Of a stretch of 51,257 nt of DNA, positions 48,547-51,257 are shown piece by piece. Under the pieces are notes generated by a model that searched no databases, was not told where the DNA came from, and was given only the letters and a program-made list of their open reading frames with translations. Location of the stretch: NCBI GenBank assembly GCA_025457625.1, contig JALOUA010000002.1, positions 1-51,257 on the forward strand, in the 5' to 3' direction. Made by a program: the position numbers and the translations under genes. The stretch's first letter is position 1. Each line of letters starts with the position of its first letter. The stretch is from Akkermansiaceae bacterium (GTDB taxonomy: Bacteria > Verrucomicrobiota > Verrucomicrobiia > Verrucomicrobiales > Akkermansiaceae).

Positions 48547-48853
48547 TCAAATCGGCGGCTGGAAGTCGTCGGAAAAGGTGGCTTTGCTCTGTTTTAGCAA
48601 ATCTTCCGAAACGGAGGAAACTGCCTTGAAAAGCTCGCCTCCAGTCATTCCAACCGCCGCGCCGATTTCCTCAGCGGTGTGGCAGCGTGATATGTTCCAG
48701 CCCTGTCGGCGCGTCGAGACGTTCGGCGCGTTTCATGCCTGCGATGAAGCGTCCGATCATCCATTGCCGGATTTGCTGGTCGGTGCGTAGCGGACGCGGT
48801 GCGGGTTGTGCGGCCAGTCTGCGGAGTTCGGAGATTTTCTTTTCGATCTTCAT
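48547..48853 (-). pseudogene. Probable frameshifted small HTH-like gene
   Basis: ORF MKIEKKISELRR... stops at 48671. Removing one base near 48714 continues it as ...LARRQGWNISRCHTAEEIGAAVGMTGGELFKAV...QPPI* (48547). Confidence 0.4.
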
Positions 48854-49326
48854 GGCTTCGATAGGTTGTGAATGCTTTCGAGGAGTTCACCGATTCGGAC
48901 GTCGAGAATCCTGTAAATGTTTTCGGCTGATTGGCCCTCAAGTTCGGTCACAAGGTTTCCGCGCATTGCAAGCAGGCGGCTGCGAAACTCCGCGCCGACC
49001 TGGGCGAAGGCGGCTTCCACGCTGGCGAGGTCAATGACCGCGCCTGCCTCGCGTTGTGCGATGATTTCCATGCGGTTTGCTGCGGCAATTTCCCTCCTGC
49101 GTCTCGCTTCGCCGTAGCTCTCGGCGGTGTCGGCGGTGGCTGGCTCGGCGGCGGGTCGTGGCTGTTTGAATCCACGGCGTTTTTCAACCGCTGCCGGGTC
49201 CAGCACGTCGATCTTTTCCTTGTCTCGCCACTTGCGAAGCGTCGCAGGCGCAATGCCGGTTTCGCGGCTGGCGGCTGAAAGTGATGGGAAGTGTTTTTTT
49301 GAGGCTCTCATGTGAGTGTTTTGCAA
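48850..49326 (-). CDS. Nu1/DUF1441-like terminase small subunit
   Basis: N-terminal HTH (SAASRETGIAPATLRKW), followed by EARRRREIAAA...E.......G.VI....V...F......RSRLLA, the coiled-coil pattern of lambda Nu1-like proteins. Confidence 0.7.
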   Translation of the reverse strand: MQNTHMRASKKHFPSLSAASRETGIAPATLRKWRDKEKIDVLDPAAVEKRRGFKQPRPAAEPATADTAESYGEARRRREIAAANRMEIIAQREAGAVIDLASVEAAFAQVGAEFRSRLLAMRGNLVTELEGQSAENIYRILDVRIGELLESIHNLSKP

Positions 49327-49454
49327 GTTCGCGTCACCGCCTTTGATTTCAAGCTTTTAGGAGTCTACTAATTTTGCCAGCGCCACCAGATGCCGCCTAG
49401 AACGCGCCGGAAGGTGCCAGTGGCGCGTTTGTACGGTTGGAGCGGCAATCGGTA

Positions 49455-49955
49455 TCATGCGGAGAATGGCCTGCGTTCTCGCGGCTCGTGGCTGGCATGT
49501 CCGGCGCGGCGGTGTGCTTCGATAGCAACGCGGCGGAATGTCTCGCGGGACTCGCGGCTTTTGCCGGCGGCGACTTTGTTCATGCCCAACTCGTCAACCA
49601 GTCGGAGCGAGTAGAGCGAAACCAATGCGCGGCTTACGTTCAACTCCCGCGCAATGTCCGTCAGCGTCATGTTGCCGATCTCGTCAACACCTGCGGCATT
49701 GGCCAACGTGGCAAGTTTCAACGTGGCGATGCGCCAGCGGGTTTTGCCGGTCTTGCCGGGAGGTAGCAGGAAGCGAAGCAACACCTTGAGCGCATCCGGC
49801 GGGATTTTTTTCAGGGCCAGCGTGTCAGGGTTTTTACCGTCGTCGGTGTCGAGTCCCTCGGCAATTTCCCGCTCGATCAAATCCTCGTCTGGTGTGTGCC
49901 AATCAACCGCCGCCGGCGCGTGATTGTCGCCAGCGCATGTTAAAAATTCCCTCAT
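49455..49955 (-). CDS. HTH-containing putative transcriptional regulator (mobile element)
   Basis: MTLTDIARELNVSRALVS helix-turn-helix. Confidence 0.65.
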   Translation of the reverse strand: MREFLTCAGDNHAPAAVDWHTPDEDLIEREIAEGLDTDDGKNPDTLALKKIPPDALKVLLRFLLPPGKTGKTRWRIATLKLATLANAAGVDEIGNMTLTDIARELNVSRALVSLYSLRLVDELGMNKVAAGKSRESRETFRRVAIEAHRRAGHASHEPRERRPFSA

Positions 49956-49985
49956 AAATAACCCGGGCGTGTCATATTTTCAGCC

Positions 49986-50255
49986 CTAAAAGTCCCCAAA
50001 CTCGAACCGATCCACCAGGCGGATGCGTCGATATCGCCCCCGGGTGCTCTCGACGGTGACGACCAGCCGGCCCTCGAGATCATCCAAGGTGCGGCCGAGC
50101 TGTTTCGGGTTAACTCCATACGCCGCCGCCAACTGCGGGTGAACGTAGAAAACTCTGCGCTTGGATGCCCGTCGGCTGGCAAGGATCGCCGAGATCACCC
50201 GGTCCTTCGGTTTGCAGAATTCCCTCCTGATGTCCTGTTCGGTTTCGTACTTCAT
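49986..50255 (-). CDS. Small putative winged-helix DNA-binding protein
   Basis: 89 aa, basic, with QLAAAYGVNPKQLGRTLDDLE followed by a beta-wing-like segment. Confidence 0.55.
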   Translation of the reverse strand: MKYETEQDIRREFCKPKDRVISAILASRRASKRRVFYVHPQLAAAYGVNPKQLGRTLDDLEGRLVVTVESTRGRYRRIRLVDRFEFGDF

Positions 50256-50295
50256 TATTTAAGATAAAGATAGAAGATAAGAAAAGAGGTATCCC

Positions 50296-50331
50296 CGTGG
50301 GTGGGTATTCAAGGTACGTGGGTGGGTATTC
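50296..50331. repeat. 15-bp direct repeat CGTGGGTGGGTATTC x2 (21-bp period) next to an AT-rich tract
   Basis: Copies at 50296-50310 and 50317-50331. AAGATA repeats at about 50261-50280. Confidence 0.8.
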
Positions 50332-51257
50332 TCGGGAATCCATCCATCCCCACTTCGACGCCCAATGCCGGCCCCACCCAAGTCCACATTTCCCGCCCAC
50401 GCTTGTCCTTGTAATTGCGCCCAGCGGCCACCAGCTCGACGTCGGTGCGGATCTCGAGTCCGCCGGTCACGACGGCCGCAGCTCGGCGCATCAAACGGCC
50501 GGCCTGCTCGAGCTGCGCGGTGGCCTGCTCTTCGTCGAGTTCGAGCAACACCGCGTCATGCACGGGGGCCACCACCCGCAGCCCTGTTTCCTCGAGGGCG
50601 ATGATCGCCAGTCGCAGGATCTCCGCGCCGGCGGCCTGTACCAGAAAATTGCCCATCGATGTGGGCCGATCCCCCCGCCGCAGCTTCCGCCGCCATCCGA
50701 AACGGGTTTCGACGGTGCCGCCAGTGCCGAGGTGATCGATGATATTCTGCCGCCAGTTCCAAAAGCGTGGATACGCTTCGCGGTGATCGCGGATCACGCG
50801 CTCGGCCGCCGGCATGCTCAAACCAGCCGCACCGGCCAGTGAAGCGCCGGCCATGCCGTACTGCACGGCCAGTGCGGCCACCTTGTAAGTGGCGCGTTCG
50901 TTTGGGTGGCTATCCTTGGTTGCGCCGGCCGGTGTGGCACCAGCTCGACGGGCAAACGCCAAGTAAGGATCACCACTGGCGTAATCGTCCGCCATCGCGG
51001 GATCGCCGGCCAGTGCTGCGGCCAGTGCGAATTCCTGAGAGCTGTAATCGACATAAGCCAGCACCTTGCCGGCCGGTGCTTGGATCAGTGACCGCAGCCA
51101 AGCGGGCCACCCGAAGGCGAAGTTTGCGGTGCTCGGCTGGTTGCGGCCGGTGTCAGACCCGAAGGGCGAGAGCATGCACCGCAGCCGGCCGTCAGGGCCA
51201 ATCGGAAACGAAGGCGAGCGCAGTTGACCTAGCAACTTCCGGCTGTATGCCATCTTG
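50309..51257 (-). CDS. Family A DNA polymerase, polymerase domain (5' part beyond the window's right edge)
   Basis: DGRLR, TGRNQPS, motif A YVDYSSQE, motif B RATYKVAALAVQYG, NFLVQ..GAE and motif C PVHDAV. Confidence 0.92.
   Translation of the reverse strand, partial: KMAYSRKLLGQLRSPSFPIGPDGRLRCMLSPFGSDTGRNQPSTANFAFGWPAWLRSLIQAPAGKVLAYVDYSSQEFALAAALAGDPAMADDYASGDPYLAFARRAGATPAGATKDSHPNERATYKVAALAVQYGMAGASLAGAAGLSMPAAERVIRDHREAYPRFWNWRQNIIDHLGTGGTVETRFGWRRKLRRGDRPTSMGNFLVQAAGAEILRLAIIALEETGLRVVAPVHDAVLLELDEEQATAQLEQAGRLMRRAAAVVTGGLEIRTDVELVAAGRNYKDKRGREMWTWVGPALGVEVGMDGFPRIPTHVP

Larger units (their letters stand above)
46683..51257 (-). mobile_element. Integrated phage- or phage-satellite-like element (partial, continues beyond the window)
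   Basis: Abuts tRNA-Thr. Co-oriented, tightly packed small ORFs with relaxed codon bias, including a Nu1-like small terminase, HTH proteins and a family A DNA polymerase. No integrase within the window. Confidence 0.8.

Noticed and set aside
50309-51257. Host chromosomal polA
   Set aside because: Divergent motifs (TGRNQPS, Leu762, HDA) and a phage-like neighbourhood indicate an element-borne polymerase.

Overview
GC-rich bacterial chromosome segment. Gene content and style suggest Verrucomicrobiota (Luteolibacter-like); this is inference. Left (1-14.3 kb, minus strand): secA running off the left edge, nnrS, an MlaA/VacJ-lipase fusion, a secreted prenyltransferase-repeat protein, an RlmM-like methyltransferase, DUF2459, ppnP, a rhodanese, a double-FKBP PPIase and an OmpR/CpxR-type two-component system. 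Divergent from the two-component system are an EF-hand protein, a sulfatase and a di-heme peroxidase, driven by a visibly duplicated promoter/leader cassette. Centre (21.0-38.4 kb): a 16-gene respiratory supercluster. It holds alternative complex III (actABCDEF), two mono-heme cytochromes c flanking a CcoN-like subunit that has lost 5 of 6 metal-ligand histidines and a CcoO-like cytochrome with Cys in place of the axial Met, and then an intact A1-type aa3 oxidase whose subunit III carries a ~345-aa insertion. Right: an MnmM/YtqB-like methyltransferase, a frameshifted purB read into in-frame by an upstream aldolase ORF, tRNA-Gln, pdp, a sulfatase, an SGNH esterase and tRNA-Thr(CGT). After that comes the end of an integrated phage/satellite-like element (Nu1-like small terminase, HTH proteins, family A DNA polymerase) that runs off the right edge. 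All protein assignments are by motif recognition by eye; no database search was run.
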